This document shows, in pieces, positions 55,233 through 63,857 of a DNA stretch of 64,000 nt (the first letter of the stretch is position 1; every line of letters begins with the position of its first letter). Source of the stretch: Treponema sp. Its GTDB lineage: Bacteria > Spirochaetota > Spirochaetia > Treponematales > Breznakiellaceae. Position numbers and translations under genes: made by a program. The stretch is from assembly GCA_009782955.1 (NCBI GenBank), contig WRIB01000002.1, forward strand, positions 1,441 to 65,440, read 5' to 3'. Below the pieces are notes generated by a model. That model saw only the letters and a program-made list of their open reading frames with translations, did not search any database and was not told the DNA's origin.

Positions 55233-56555
55233 TTACCCCATTTCCGCCGCTGTTTCGTAAATCGTCCTGTAAACAAAGGTAATTTCTTCTTCTTCGATGG
55301 CGGCAAAGGTAACCCGAAGGTATTCGTCTCCCAGGGCTATGGTTCCAATTCCCTTTTTTAACAGGTTTTGACGGAGTTTTTCCGCTCCGCCCGGTTTGCC
55401 GCTTTCTTTACAACGGAAACTCATAAAATAGCCTGAATTAAACGGGAGTGGTTCCAAACTGGGCGGCGCAGTGTTTTCCGCAACAAACTGTTTGACTGTT
55501 TTGTAACGGCTGAAAAGCAAGTCGAAGAAAACTTTTTTTTCTGCCTCAGTTGCCGGGTTTTCCCAGGTTTTTAATGCAAGGTTTTGCGCCGGTGTATTGG
55601 TGCAGGAAACGGAAGAACGAATAATTCCCATACACTTTTTTTCCAGTGCGGCGTAAGCGTTTTCGTTAAGTCCCCTGGAACCAAAGCTGATAAATGCAGT
55701 CCGCAAACCCCAGACATAGTCCTCTTTGGTGGGGCCGTCTATTTTAACTGCAAGCACCTTTTCGTGGAGCTTTGCAAAACGGCCAAAGAGTGATTCCTTG
55801 ATAATATTTTCTTCGTAAAAGAGGCCAAAATATGCATCATCACAAATTACCAGTACCGATGCGCCGCTTTCCGCACATTCCTTAATCATGGCAACAAGGG
55901 CGTCCGCTTCGGTTTTAAGAGGAGTATAACCTGAAGGATTTTGCGGAAAGTTCAGGATTATACGTACTATACCGGCAGCCGTGCCAGTTTTACTGGCATT
56001 CGCTTCGGCTTTAAGAGCTTTTTCAAATGCCACTAAGTTGAGTCCGCCGGTATCACTGAAAAGAGAAATACCTTTAAGCTCCGCTCCCCGGCGTTCCGAA
56101 AAAATCAGGTTGTAATTGTCCCAGGACGGATCGGCGGCAAGCATCACCTGGCCTTCGTCCAGAAAAAGGTCGGCTATATAGGAAATTCCCGCTGTAATTC
56201 CCGGTACAACCACAGGCAAAGAAAAATCTTCATCCTTTAGGGAAGGGTTCTTCTTTATTAACGAAGCTTTCCAGGCTTTGCGGAATGATTCAATTCCGGC
56301 GGTGGGGGCATAAACTACCAATTCTTCGGGGGTCAGGCCCGGTAATTGGCTGAGCAGGGGAGATAGCGCAAGAGGTTTTCCTCCCTTAAATGCCATGCCC
56401 AGTGTGGCGTTTATTTTGGCAATTTTTTTTGCTTCTGCAGACTGTGCGATAATTCCGCGGGGGAAGAACAGGCGCCGCCCCAAGGATGACAAAAATGGAC
56501 CTACGATACCGGCGTCCAGTACTTCGTTTAGTTCGGTTGCAAGTGGATTAATCAT
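55233..56555 (-). CDS. Class I/II PLP-dependent aminotransferase
   Basis: 440 aa. NFPQNPSGYT and ICDDAYFGL blocks typical of fold-type I aminotransferases. Confidence 0.8.
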   Translation of the reverse strand: MINPLATELNEVLDAGIVGPFLSSLGRRLFFPRGIIAQSAEAKKIAKINATLGMAFKGGKPLALSPLLSQLPGLTPEELVVYAPTAGIESFRKAWKASLIKKNPSLKDEDFSLPVVVPGITAGISYIADLFLDEGQVMLAADPSWDNYNLIFSERRGAELKGISLFSDTGGLNLVAFEKALKAEANASKTGTAAGIVRIILNFPQNPSGYTPLKTEADALVAMIKECAESGASVLVICDDAYFGLFYEENIIKESLFGRFAKLHEKVLAVKIDGPTKEDYVWGLRTAFISFGSRGLNENAYAALEKKCMGIIRSSVSCTNTPAQNLALKTWENPATEAEKKVFFDLLFSRYKTVKQFVAENTAPPSLEPLPFNSGYFMSFRCKESGKPGGAEKLRQNLLKKGIGTIALGDEYLRVTFAAIEEEEITFVYRTIYETAAEMG

Positions 56556-56592
56556 ACTGTAACCATACCCGTTCTTTGTTTGTTATAACAAG

Positions 56593-57057
56593 ATGGATTT
56601 TGGAAAAATTTTAGATCAATGGGATAAACAAGCTGGTCCTGTTTATGATAAAGATGCAAAAGCAGAGGATTCTGCTTATTCTCCCCTTTTAACCGTTGGT
56701 CTTTCAGGTAAACATATATCTGCTGCCAGGCGCAAAAGACTGCTGAGAAAAAGCCCCGAAGCAACAATTGACCTTCACGGCCTTACCCAGGACGAAGCCT
56801 GGGATGCTCTTACTGTTTTTTTTAATGATGCCAAAAACAAAGGTCTGGAAAAAGTACTGGTTATTCATGGCAAGGGTAACCATTCCGCCGAAACCAAAAT
56901 CTCCGAAAGATCGGAGGATACGGGAATACTAAAAAAAACAGTCAGGAATTTTATAGAACGCTGCCCTTTTGCCGGCGAAAGCGGCTACAGCGATGGCCGT
57001 TTGGGCGGAGAGGGATCAAGCTGGGTATTACTAAAAGAAAGCCGGCCTAATGTTTAG
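56593..57057 (+). CDS. Smr-domain protein
   Basis: IDLHGLTQDEAWDALTVFF......G...VLVIHGKG is the Smr signature. Confidence 0.82.
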   Translation: MDFGKILDQWDKQAGPVYDKDAKAEDSAYSPLLTVGLSGKHISAARRKRLLRKSPEATIDLHGLTQDEAWDALTVFFNDAKNKGLEKVLVIHGKGNHSAETKISERSEDTGILKKTVRNFIERCPFAGESGYSDGRLGGEGSSWVLLKESRPNV

Positions 57058-57068
57058 TAAACAGAACA

Positions 57069-57293
57069 TTACCGTTCCCGGTAAATAATACGGCCCCGAT
57101 TCAGGTCGTAGGGAGAAAGGGCGATACGGACCCGGTCGCCGGGGACAATGCGGATATAATGCTTTCGCATTTTGCCTGAAAGATGAGCCAGGATCAAATG
57201 TCCGTTCTGGTTATCCAGTTCAATCCTGAACATGGTATTCGGAAGCGCTTCCCTAACCACTCCTTCTACTTCTATTGCTTCTTCTTTGGCCAC
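57069..57293 (-). CDS. infA: Translation initiation factor IF-1
   Basis: [47 protein letters not shown]...LSPYDL..GRI.YR. GTG start at 57293 with GGAGG 4 nt upstream; the track ORF extends spuriously to 57350. Confidence 0.93.
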   Translation of the reverse strand: MAKEEAIEVEGVVREALPNTMFRIELDNQNGHLILAHLSGKMRKHYIRIVPGDRVRIALSPYDLNRGRIIYRER

Positions 57294-57374
57294 AAAACCT
57301 CCGCTTGTATTCTTATATATCAATATCCTGAAGATATAGAAAACTGTCAATACACCATATTTAATAAGAAGAAT

Positions 57375-57680
57375 TCAATTATGTAAAATGGTATCCAATT
57401 CTTTTTCAATAAGCAATAAAATTGATTTCTTTTTGTTCTGTATCTTTAATTCCTGTTCCAAAGGGAATTCATTTTTATCTTTAAAAAGCTCCAAAGGATC
57501 GACATTAAGAGCATTGGCTATTTTTTCAATTGTTGATAGTTTCGGAACATTTTTGTAAATTTCCATTAGCCCAATATAGCTGGTAGCAGTATTACAGGCT
57601 TCAGCCAGTTTTTCTTGTGAGATACCTTTTTCTTTCCGTATCCGCTTAATGTTATTGATAACGAGCCGTTCCAGGTACAT
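57375..57680 (-). CDS. XRE-family HTH transcriptional regulator
   Basis: IKRIRKEKGISQEKLAEACNTATSYIGLMEIYKNVPKLSTIEKIANALNV is an HTH_3 pattern. Confidence 0.8.
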   Translation of the reverse strand: MYLERLVINNIKRIRKEKGISQEKLAEACNTATSYIGLMEIYKNVPKLSTIEKIANALNVDPLELFKDKNEFPLEQELKIQNKKKSILLLIEKELDTILHN

Positions 57681-57693
57681 TACTATATTATTA

Positions 57694-57787
57694 TTGATAT
57701 AAATCCCAAGTATTTATTGACAAATCTGATATATTAATTATATTATATTTGATATAATTCTGGTTTTTTTGCTTGAATTTATATCAA
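57694..57787. promoter_or_regulatory. Repeated TTGATATAA(A/T) boxes in the divergent XRE/lipoprotein intergenic region
   Basis: TTGATATAAA at 57694-57703, TTGATATAAT at 57749-57758, and the inverted copy TTTATATCAA at 57778-57787. A TTGACA -35 lies at 57717-57722. Confidence 0.5.
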
Positions 57788-57840
57788 TTTTAAAACTTTT
57801 TTTATGCAGTGTATAAAAAAAGATACTAAGGAGTATTTGT

Positions 57841-58221
57841 ATGAGAACCACAAACAAAATGTTCGGGATTATTGCCTTGGTTGCAGTAATCGGGCTTTCT
57901 CTTGTTTCCTGCGCTTCTTTGGGATCAGGATCAGACTCTTTTATAGGTTCCTGGACTACTTATAATGAAGCTCTTTCCATGGGTATTACATATATTATAA
58001 AAGGGGACCGTACTTATTCAGTAACAGCCACCAGCCAAGGAAATACCCGTAACAATGTAGAGACTGGCACATGGGCAAGAGACTCAGGATCGCTAATCAG
58101 TATTGATAATAACACTACTGTGACATTTACTAAGTCGGATGGAGGAAAATATATCGGAAGACTTGAATCCAACAAGATGATTATAGGAGGTGATACTTAT
58201 ATCAAACAGGAAACAGAGTGA
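57841..58221 (+). CDS. Small lipoprotein (lipocalin-like GxW module)
   Basis: Lipobox SLVSC-AS. FGIIALVAVIG is shared with the protein at 11691. GSWTT...Y.V....G pattern. AAGGAG SD sequence. Confidence 0.7.
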   Translation: MRTTNKMFGIIALVAVIGLSLVSCASLGSGSDSFIGSWTTYNEALSMGITYIIKGDRTYSVTATSQGNTRNNVETGTWARDSGSLISIDNNTTVTFTKSDGGKYIGRLESNKMIIGGDTYIKQETE

Positions 58222-58314
58222 TGTGGCAGTCTTTAACAAACCAAATTGTATAGGTTGTTAATATATGACGATGGGTATTAAACGCGAATTTTTTGTTTCT
58301 TTAGGAGGACAAAA

Positions 58315-58701
58315 ATGAACAAAAAATGGTTACCACATGGAGTTACAGTATTGTCCTTTGTAGTGTTAATTATGGTGGGAGTTCTGTGTCTTTTCGCCGG
58401 ATGTGTAACATACAAATGGGAGGAAACAGATACTTCAAGGGCAATCCATGAGGCAGCTTCTGATTTGGTACGTTCACGAGGGGGCAGGATTAGCGTAAAT
58501 GCACTTATATCTGGTTTGGACGGAAATTTTCCTGGTATTAAATTACAACCTTTGAATGGAATCTCAAGAATTCAAATTAATGCTAACTATGGTGGTACAG
58601 CTACATGGCCAACAACTTACAGGATTAAATGTACTTGGGAGGAAGGAAACATTGTGACGGGTATCATTTCTGTTACGGAGAATAGAGCAGCTGAAAAATA
58701 G
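58315..58701 (+). CDS. Small lipoprotein, paralog A
   Basis: AGGAGG SD sequence. MNKKWLPHGVTVLSFVVLIMVGVLCLFAGC lipobox. The 5' UTR and signal peptide are homologous to the next gene. Confidence 0.65.
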   Translation: MNKKWLPHGVTVLSFVVLIMVGVLCLFAGCVTYKWEETDTSRAIHEAASDLVRSRGGRISVNALISGLDGNFPGIKLQPLNGISRIQINANYGGTATWPTTYRIKCTWEEGNIVTGIISVTENRAAEK

Positions 58702-58787
58702 TGGAACTTTTTAAAGCGATCTGTGCGGGTTGCTAATTAATGCTGGCGTGTACTAAACGCGAATTTTTATTTTTTAGGAGGGCGAAA

Positions 58788-59201
58788 ATGAAGAAAAAAT
58801 GGATGGCTCATGGAATTGCGGTTTTGTCTTTTGTTGTTTTAATGGTATTGGGAGCTTGTACTATTGTCCCAGATACACGAACAAAAGAAGAAAGAGAAGA
58901 AGAATATCGACAAGAATTAATCCGAAAAGGAAGTGCACTAGTAACAATAAAAAATACTGGTAACGATCATTATTGGGTAGTTCGATCATGGCTAGAAAGA
59001 TACTCAGACGTCACGGCTTATAATTACGGCCCTGGCAGGTCGATATCTGCTGGTTGTTCTGGTGAATACGAAGTTCGTTATACAATAAACCGAACAGGAC
59101 AGACTCTTTCTCGAAAAGTAACAGAAGCAGAAACAAGAAACTGGATGAAAAAAACTGGTCGTGTTGTTCCTGGTGAAAAGGTTACTGTTAATATTCCATA
59201 A
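58788..59201 (+). CDS. Small lipoprotein, paralog B
   Basis: AGGAGG SD sequence before ATG 58788. MKKKWMAHGIAVLSFVVLMVLGAC lipobox. The track ORF starts earlier, at 58740. Confidence 0.65.
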   Translation: MKKKWMAHGIAVLSFVVLMVLGACTIVPDTRTKEEREEEYRQELIRKGSALVTIKNTGNDHYWVVRSWLERYSDVTAYNYGPGRSISAGCSGEYEVRYTINRTGQTLSRKVTEAETRNWMKKTGRVVPGEKVTVNIP

Positions 59202-59248
59202 GGGAACACAACGATATTATAACATCAAAATCAGATTATACGGAGGTA

Positions 59249-59350
59249 CGGAGTCACACTACGTTCTCCGCGCCTCTGTGTGAGGAATTATAAGAGTTAG
59301 TTTTTGAGAAGATAAAAAGGCTCCTACTCTCTGGACAGTCTTTTTAATCA
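59249..59350. repeat. About 100-bp direct repeat, copy A (left flank of the PIN cassette)
   Basis: GGAGTCACAC...TCTCCGCGCCTCTGTGTGAGGAATTATAAGAGTTAGTTTTTGAGAAGATAAAAAGGCT...TTTTTAATCA. Mostly identical to 60025-60133. Confidence 0.8.
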
Positions 59351-59547
59351 ACGTTATTATTGTGCAGCTTCATTGCCTCTTTACTAATGTCTTCGACGGA
59401 CATACCGGAAAAAAGATGGTCTTTGCGCCACTTTGTATAATCAAAAGACTCACGCAACATTAAAGAAATAAATTTCTCAGCATTAACATTGCCGAGACTG
59501 GTAATTAATGCCTGCATACCCTCATTCATTAACAGTGTGTCATTCAT
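59344..59547 (-). CDS. Small partner protein of the PIN gene (putative antitoxin), about 67 aa
   Basis: The MNDTLLMNEG... start at 59547 overlaps the PIN stop by 8 nt. The track ORF starts at 59589, inside the PIN gene. Confidence 0.5.
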   Translation of the reverse strand: MNDTLLMNEGMQALITSLGNVNAEKFISLMLRESFDYTKWRKDHLFSGMSVEDISKEAMKLHNNNVD

Positions 59548-59986
59548 TTTCTTTTTCCTCCCATATCTTGATAAACTGTATCGGGTCAATTATTTTTAGC
59601 TTATTTGTTTTATATTTTAGCATTTCATCGTCAGTCGTTATCAAAAAATCTACCGCCGCTTCCATAGCGCAAGCAACGTGCAATGCATCAGTTGGACGCA
59701 AATTGCTTGTGAATTGCCTTGCGTTCTTTATTACTGTATCACTTTCAACAACGACTTGCTTGGAATACTTAGAAAAATCTGCAATAGATAATCGCCGGGT
59801 TTCATAAGGATTATTCATATTTTCCAGAGCTGATATATAAGACCATGCAAAATCAATTTTGTTATTTATAATCAACTCTTGGATAAACAGTTTTGCCTGT
59901 GTTTCCAAAATAATTCGCAAATGTGTCTGATCGTCAAAAGGGCGATTGTAGACGCAGTTATCCAGATAAACCTTTATCTTTGGCAT
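59540..59986 (-). CDS. PIN-domain protein (VapC-like putative toxin)
   Basis: VYLDNCVYNRPFDDQ, DALHVACAMEA and FLITTDDEM supply the expected acidic PIN residues. 148 aa. Confidence 0.7.
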   Translation of the reverse strand: MPKIKVYLDNCVYNRPFDDQTHLRIILETQAKLFIQELIINNKIDFAWSYISALENMNNPYETRRLSIADFSKYSKQVVVESDTVIKNARQFTSNLRPTDALHVACAMEAAVDFLITTDDEMLKYKTNKLKIIDPIQFIKIWEEKENE

Positions 59987-60024
59987 AATGACAGTTTAAT
60001 TTTTTTCATCACTCTGTGGCAAGT

Positions 60025-60133
60025 GGAGTCACATCTGCGTCTTCTCCGCGCCTCCGTGTGAGGAATTTTAAAAGTTAGTTTTTGAAAAGAAAAAAGGCTG
60101 TCCTCTAAGGACAGCCCTTTTTTTAATCAGCGT
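60025..60133. repeat. About 100-bp direct repeat, copy B (right flank of the PIN cassette)
   Basis: GGAGTCACAT...TCTCCGCGCCTCCGTGTGAGGAATTTTAAAAGTTAGTTTTTGAAAAGAAAAAAGGCTGTCC...TTTTTTTAATCA. Confidence 0.8.
60091..60124 (-). terminator. Bidirectional Rho-independent terminator downstream of the ABC transporter operon
   Basis: GGCTGTCC-tctaa-GGACAGCC (60096-60116), flanked by an A-run upstream and a T-run downstream. Confidence 0.75.
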
Positions 60134-60148
60134 TTAAAATTACAGTTC

Positions 60149-61096
60149 TTACAGACTGGCGATGTTCTTCCTGGTTCCGAAAGTACAACCGGAATCTTCA
60201 TCTTTATTCTTAAGAGCTTTGCCGTTAAGCAGGTCTACACCAGCCTGGATTCCCTTACTGCCCATGGCGGCGGGGTTCTGAACCATAACGCCCAGAATGG
60301 TACCGTCCATAATAAGAGGAACGCACCGGGCGCTTTTGTCCCAGCCTACAACGATAATTTTGCCGGATTGGTTGGCTTGTTTTACTGCCTGGCCTACACC
60401 TACGGTAGAACCTTCGTTACAGGCATAGATACCTTTCAGATCGGGATGTGCCCGCATAAAGTCCTGGGTAATGTTCATGGCTTTTGCTACGTCGCCGTCT
60501 GAATACTGGGTTCCGACAATCTGAATGTTGGGATATTGAGCCTGCATCCGGGCTTTAAATTCATTTTCCCGGATCATGGTGGTGCCGGCGCCGGCCTGGG
60601 CATTAACAATAGCTACTTTGCCCCTTCCGCCAATAGCCTTGGCAAGTTCGTCTGCAGCCTGACGGGCGGCAGCGGCGTTGTCAGTGCGAATAAAGGCATC
60701 ATATTGTCCGGCTGCACCAATGGGGGAGTCTACCAGAATTACTTTAATACCGGCAGCTTTTGCCTTGTTTACTACGGGGACAAGGGCTTCGGCATTCAAT
60801 GCTGCCAGAAGGATGATATCATACCTGGCGGTAATGGCATCTTCCACAATGGCAATCTGCTGAGCAGCGTCAACCTTACCGGCGGGAGCACTGTTGTTAA
60901 AGTCTATTTTAAGCTTTGCAGCCTGCTGTGAAGCGCCCCTGGTAAGCTTTAACCAATGTTCATCCATGGAGTCCATTGCAATAAATATTGCCTTTGCAGG
61001 GGTGTTTCCAAAGGTACTCTTCTGGGCAAACACCGGCATTGCCATGATCATCACAAAGATCAGACATAATGATGCAAATGCGATTCTTTTCTTCAT
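60149..61096 (-). CDS. Sugar ABC transporter periplasmic binding protein (ribose/RbsB-like, PBP type 1)
   Basis: Signal peptide. Alternating beta-alpha pattern with ILLAALNAEALVPVV..AKAAGIKVILVD and IVVGWD, typical of the RbsB family. Confidence 0.82.
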   Translation of the reverse strand: MKKRIAFASLCLIFVMIMAMPVFAQKSTFGNTPAKAIFIAMDSMDEHWLKLTRGASQQAAKLKIDFNNSAPAGKVDAAQQIAIVEDAITARYDIILLAALNAEALVPVVNKAKAAGIKVILVDSPIGAAGQYDAFIRTDNAAAARQAADELAKAIGGRGKVAIVNAQAGAGTTMIRENEFKARMQAQYPNIQIVGTQYSDGDVAKAMNITQDFMRAHPDLKGIYACNEGSTVGVGQAVKQANQSGKIIVVGWDKSARCVPLIMDGTILGVMVQNPAAMGSKGIQAGVDLLNGKALKNKDEDSGCTFGTRKNIASL

Positions 61097-61168
61097 CTTT
61101 TACTCCTAAAAAATATTTTTTAAGGCGCCTCAACGAGCGCCAAAAATGCCTCTATTATTAAGTATAAG

Positions 61169-62218
61169 CTAAACTTTTTCCCGGTTTCGTATTCGATCCA
61201 GGAATACAGAGCCTACAATTACCAGACCTATTACAATTTTCTGTATAAAAGGGTTTACACCCATAAGGTTAAGCCCATTTCGCAGAATACCTATAATAAA
61301 CGCTCCGATAAATGTGCCGATGCCTGTACCTTCGCCGCCCATGGTACTGGTACCGCCGATAACCGACGATGCAACAGCATCCAGTTCGTACCCGTCCCCC
61401 GCAGCAGGGCCGGCGGAATAAACACGCGCTGCCAAAAGACATCCTGCAAGAGCGGCCAGAAACCCGGAAAACATATACACCATCATAATTGTTTTTTTGG
61501 TATTTACACCGGAAAGGCGGGCTGCTTCAAAATTACTGCCGACAGCATAAACATGCCTTCCCCATTTTGTCTTCTGTAAAATAAAACCAAAAATAAAAAC
61601 CGTAATCAGCATTATTACAACGATGTTGGGAATTTTGGGTACTCCCGGAGGAACATAGTACCCGCCCATTTCTATATCGTAAATATTTCCGATGCCGAAA
61701 TTATACCCTGTTCCCATAGCGGTAAAAGAGTTGGGCAATCCGCTGATCGGATACCCCTGGGTCATCGTTAACGCCAGCCCGCGGGCTATGGTCATGGTAC
61801 CCAAGGTAGCGATAAAAGGAGGCAGCTTTCCAAAGGCAATCATTGCACCGTTTGCTGCCCCCGACAAAACACCGGTTAACAGACCCAACAAGAGGGCAAT
61901 AAACATGGGCAGATCCGGATGAATCCCAATAAACTCATCGTGAACCATCATCATCGCTGCCACCATTGCGCACAGGGCGATATTGGAGCCGATGGAAAGA
62001 TCGATACCGCCCGTAATAAGGACATAGGTTTGTCCCATTGCGATAATGGCAATTACCGTGGTCTGTTGAGCTACAGTAATAAGATTATCAATATTAAAAA
62101 AATATTTGGTAAAAATTGAAAAAAACAGGCCTAAAAGCACCAGTCCCATAAAAGTAGAAAGGATCTGCTGCTGAGCCCTGGAAAGATTCATTTTGGACAG
62201 ACTAAAACCGGCCATCAA
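61169..62218 (-). CDS. Sugar ABC transporter permease (RbsC/AraH family)
   Basis: 349 aa, about 9-10 transmembrane segments. ITGGIDLSIGS and the GG.ST.GG.G...G..IGA blocks are typical of this family. Confidence 0.85.
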   Translation of the reverse strand: MMAGFSLSKMNLSRAQQQILSTFMGLVLLGLFFSIFTKYFFNIDNLITVAQQTTVIAIIAMGQTYVLITGGIDLSIGSNIALCAMVAAMMMVHDEFIGIHPDLPMFIALLLGLLTGVLSGAANGAMIAFGKLPPFIATLGTMTIARGLALTMTQGYPISGLPNSFTAMGTGYNFGIGNIYDIEMGGYYVPPGVPKIPNIVVIMLITVFIFGFILQKTKWGRHVYAVGSNFEAARLSGVNTKKTIMMVYMFSGFLAALAGCLLAARVYSAGPAAGDGYELDAVASSVIGGTSTMGGEGTGIGTFIGAFIIGILRNGLNLMGVNPFIQKIVIGLVIVGSVFLDRIRNREKV

Positions 62219-62230
62219 TAACCCCCATTA

Positions 62231-63766
62231 CTAGTATTGTGTCGCATAATGCATTATTTCTTCCTGATTGGTTTCTTTTGTAATCAGCTCTTTTGTGATT
62301 TTTCCGTTACACATAACAATAATCCGATCCGACATACCCAGCACTTCCGGCAATTCGGAAGAAACAAACATAACGCCGATACCGTTCCTTTTAAGGTCGT
62401 TAATGATGTTATAAATTTCGATCTTGGATGCTACGTCTATACCCCGTGTCGGTTCGTCGAAGATAACCACCTTGGCATTCCGCAAAAGCCACTTGCCAAC
62501 CACTACCTTTTGCTGGTTGCCGCCGGAAAGTTTCCGCACATACTGGGCAACACTGGGCGTTTTTATCCGCAGGCTTGTTACCATGTTTTGGGATTTTTCT
62601 GTTTCCAGTTGATTTATAATAACACCGTATTTGGAAATAATATCCAGACTGGGAAGGGTGATGTTTTCCGCCAGGGTCATTCTGACACACAGGCCATCCC
62701 GTTTGCGATCCTCAGGAGCGCAGAAAAGCCCCTTGGCAATAGCGTCTTTTGGATGTTTGATTTTAACCGGTTTTCCGTCCAGAAGTACTTCACCGGCGCT
62801 CATTCTGTCTGCACCGGAAATAGCCCGCACAGTTTCAGTCCGGCCTGCTCCCATAAGCCCGGCAAAGGCCAGAATTTCTCCCTTGTACAGTTCAAATGAT
62901 ACGTCTTTAACCCCTACACCGTGTTTGGAAGTAAGGTTTTTTACTTCGAGCACTTTTTCTCCGCGGGGAACTTCTATGCGGGGGAATTTTTCGGTTAAGT
63001 TACGGCCTACCATTAGAGCGATAATTTCCTGCAGATTGGTTTCTGCAAAATTCAGCGTTTTTACATATTTCCCGTCCCGGAGAATGGTAACCCGGTCTAC
63101 AATGCGGGAAAGTTCTTCCAGCCGGTGGGAAATATAAACAATGCCCTTGCCCTTCTCTTTTAGCAGGGCGATTACGGAAAACAGGTCTTCTATTTCTTTT
63201 TCCGTTAAGGCGGAGGTAGGCTCGTCCATTATTACGATATTGGCGTTCATCGACAGGGTTTTGCAGATTTCCACCATTTGCTGCTTGGAAACAGGCAGCT
63301 TATTGGTAGGCGTGGCCGGATCGATGTCCAGATTCAACTGATTTAAGTATTGCCGTGCTGCTTCGTTTTGCTTCTTTTTATTGAGTATTCCGGCAGCATT
63401 GGTAAATTCCCGGTTCAGAAATATATTTTCTGCAACCGTTAAATGGGGGCACAGATTCAATTCCTGGTGAATAATACCAATACCCTTATCCTCGGCTGAC
63501 AGAGGGGTAAGATCGTGGATGATTTTCTTGCCCTGAATGTAAAGATCCCCCGAATCTCTGGTATACACCCCGGAAATGATCTTCATTAATGTGGATTTTC
63601 CTGCCCCGTTTTCCCCCAGAAGAGCATGAACCTCTCCGGCTTTTAAATCAAACTGAACATCCAGCAGGGCAGGAACCCCGGAAAAAGCCTTGTTTATATG
63701 CTCAGTTCGCAGTAATTCATTATTCATTAATGTATTAATTCTAACACCCTTTTTGTCGCCTGACAA
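62231..63766 (-). CDS. Sugar ABC transporter ATP-binding protein (duplicated ATPase, RbsA-like)
   Basis: Walker A GENGAGKST, signature LSGGNQQKV, Walker B VIFDEPTRGID, two nucleotide-binding domains. The start may be the internal Met at 63727. Confidence 0.9.
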   Translation of the reverse strand: MSGDKKGVRINTLMNNELLRTEHINKAFSGVPALLDVQFDLKAGEVHALLGENGAGKSTLMKIISGVYTRDSGDLYIQGKKIIHDLTPLSAEDKGIGIIHQELNLCPHLTVAENIFLNREFTNAAGILNKKKQNEAARQYLNQLNLDIDPATPTNKLPVSKQQMVEICKTLSMNANIVIMDEPTSALTEKEIEDLFSVIALLKEKGKGIVYISHRLEELSRIVDRVTILRDGKYVKTLNFAETNLQEIIALMVGRNLTEKFPRIEVPRGEKVLEVKNLTSKHGVGVKDVSFELYKGEILAFAGLMGAGRTETVRAISGADRMSAGEVLLDGKPVKIKHPKDAIAKGLFCAPEDRKRDGLCVRMTLAENITLPSLDIISKYGVIINQLETEKSQNMVTSLRIKTPSVAQYVRKLSGGNQQKVVVGKWLLRNAKVVIFDEPTRGIDVASKIEIYNIINDLKRNGIGVMFVSSELPEVLGMSDRIIVMCNGKITKELITKETNQEEIMHYATQY

Positions 63767-63857
63767 GGGAATTATGTACCCATATCCTGTGACAGGACTA
63801 TTTTACAAAAATTGTATAAACTAATAGCAGTACTTACTTTTATACGAGGATTGCCTT

